Virus record (IMG/VR): IMGVR_UViG_3300035208_008180
DNA length: 64,000 nucleotides
DNA from: a virus
Taxonomy: Duplodnaviria > Caudoviricetes
Strand: one strand, 5' to 3'
The position numbers and the translations under genes were made by a program. The notes below the pieces were generated by a model. It made no database searches, was not told the DNA's origin, and saw nothing but the letters and a program-made list of their open reading frames with translations. Below are positions 63,601-64,000 of this stretch, in pieces (positions within the stretch are counted from its first letter, which is position 1; the number at the start of each line of letters is the position of its first letter).

Positions 63601-64000
63601 ATGGAATTCAGGCAATTTGTAGAAAATTACGAAAAAGACATCAAAGAAACATTAGGCAAATTGCCTAAAAAATATCAAAAATTGATACATGGCTATAAAT
63701 TCAAGTTCCAATCTGGAAATACTCTTAGCGGCGATAACGATCACATCGGTGTTATGGATGAAAAGAAGAAAACAATTACTATAGCAGCACCCTGGAATTA
63801 TGGAAGAGAATTCACTTTCCTGCATGAATTGGGGCATCGATTATGGGAAACATTGCCTTCAGAGTTGAAAAACGAGTGGGCGAAAATGGTAAAACAAACC
63901 AAGATGACACACAAAGATCGTCAGAACCCCGAGGAATTATTTTGCCACGGATTTGCCAACCAATATGCTAAACACAAGCATGTAATGTTTACTCATCCCG
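63601..64000 (+). CDS. zincin-type metallopeptidase (truncated by window end)
   Basis: Manual translation MEFRQFVENYE...FTFLHELGHRLW...NPEELFC: HExxH plus downstream Glu. Confidence 0.7.
   Translation, partial: MEFRQFVENYEKDIKETLGKLPKKYQKLIHGYKFKFQSGNTLSGDNDHIGVMDEKKKTITIAAPWNYGREFTFLHELGHRLWETLPSELKNEWAKMVKQTKMTHKDRQNPEELFCHGFANQYAKHKHVMFTHP

Noticed and set aside
1-64000. Stop-codon reassignment
   Set aside because: Conserved genes (nadE, rtcB, ligA, glf, phoH) are intact in the standard code, TAG and TGA both end genes, and no suppressor tRNA was seen.

Overview
This 64-kb window (about 41% GC by eye) looks like part of a very large (jumbo) bacteriophage genome. It has dense, mostly minus-strand short ORFs, PhoH, an NAD-dependent DNA ligase, RtcB, two sigma factors, NadD, NadE, Nudix proteins, homing endonucleases and a large Ser-rich virion-like protein. 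PEP-CTERM, DUF2294 and secreted thioredoxin-like genes suggest a Planctomycetota/PVC host (inference). Two minus-strand tRNA arrays dominate the window. Array A (368-5917) holds 16 tRNAs for Asn, Thr, Asp, Gly, Ala, Val, Pro and Glu. Array B (38612-44046) holds 15 tRNAs for His, Lys, Trp, Cys, Gln, Ile and Met. Main finding: each array sits behind a homologous leader-peptide transcription attenuator whose short ORF is built from codons read by that array's tRNAs (MMSNFFGTTRRPAPEGTTIPTVAVRPEVEDNTAI for A; MSKQQKQQKQKWQHCCITGDLF for B). This points to a ribosome-based sensor that switches on phage tRNA supply when those tRNAs run short. The arrays and their flanks also carry a 224-nt RNase P RNA lacking the specificity domain, a 77-nt tmRNA-like RNA with no mRNA domain, a circularly permuted (YrlA-like) tRNA mimic, tRNA-like RNAs with large D-loop inserts, other structured ncRNAs and boxA-like motifs. 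All 31 tRNAs end in a C-T trailer instead of an encoded CCA. All structures were folded by eye; no searches were run.
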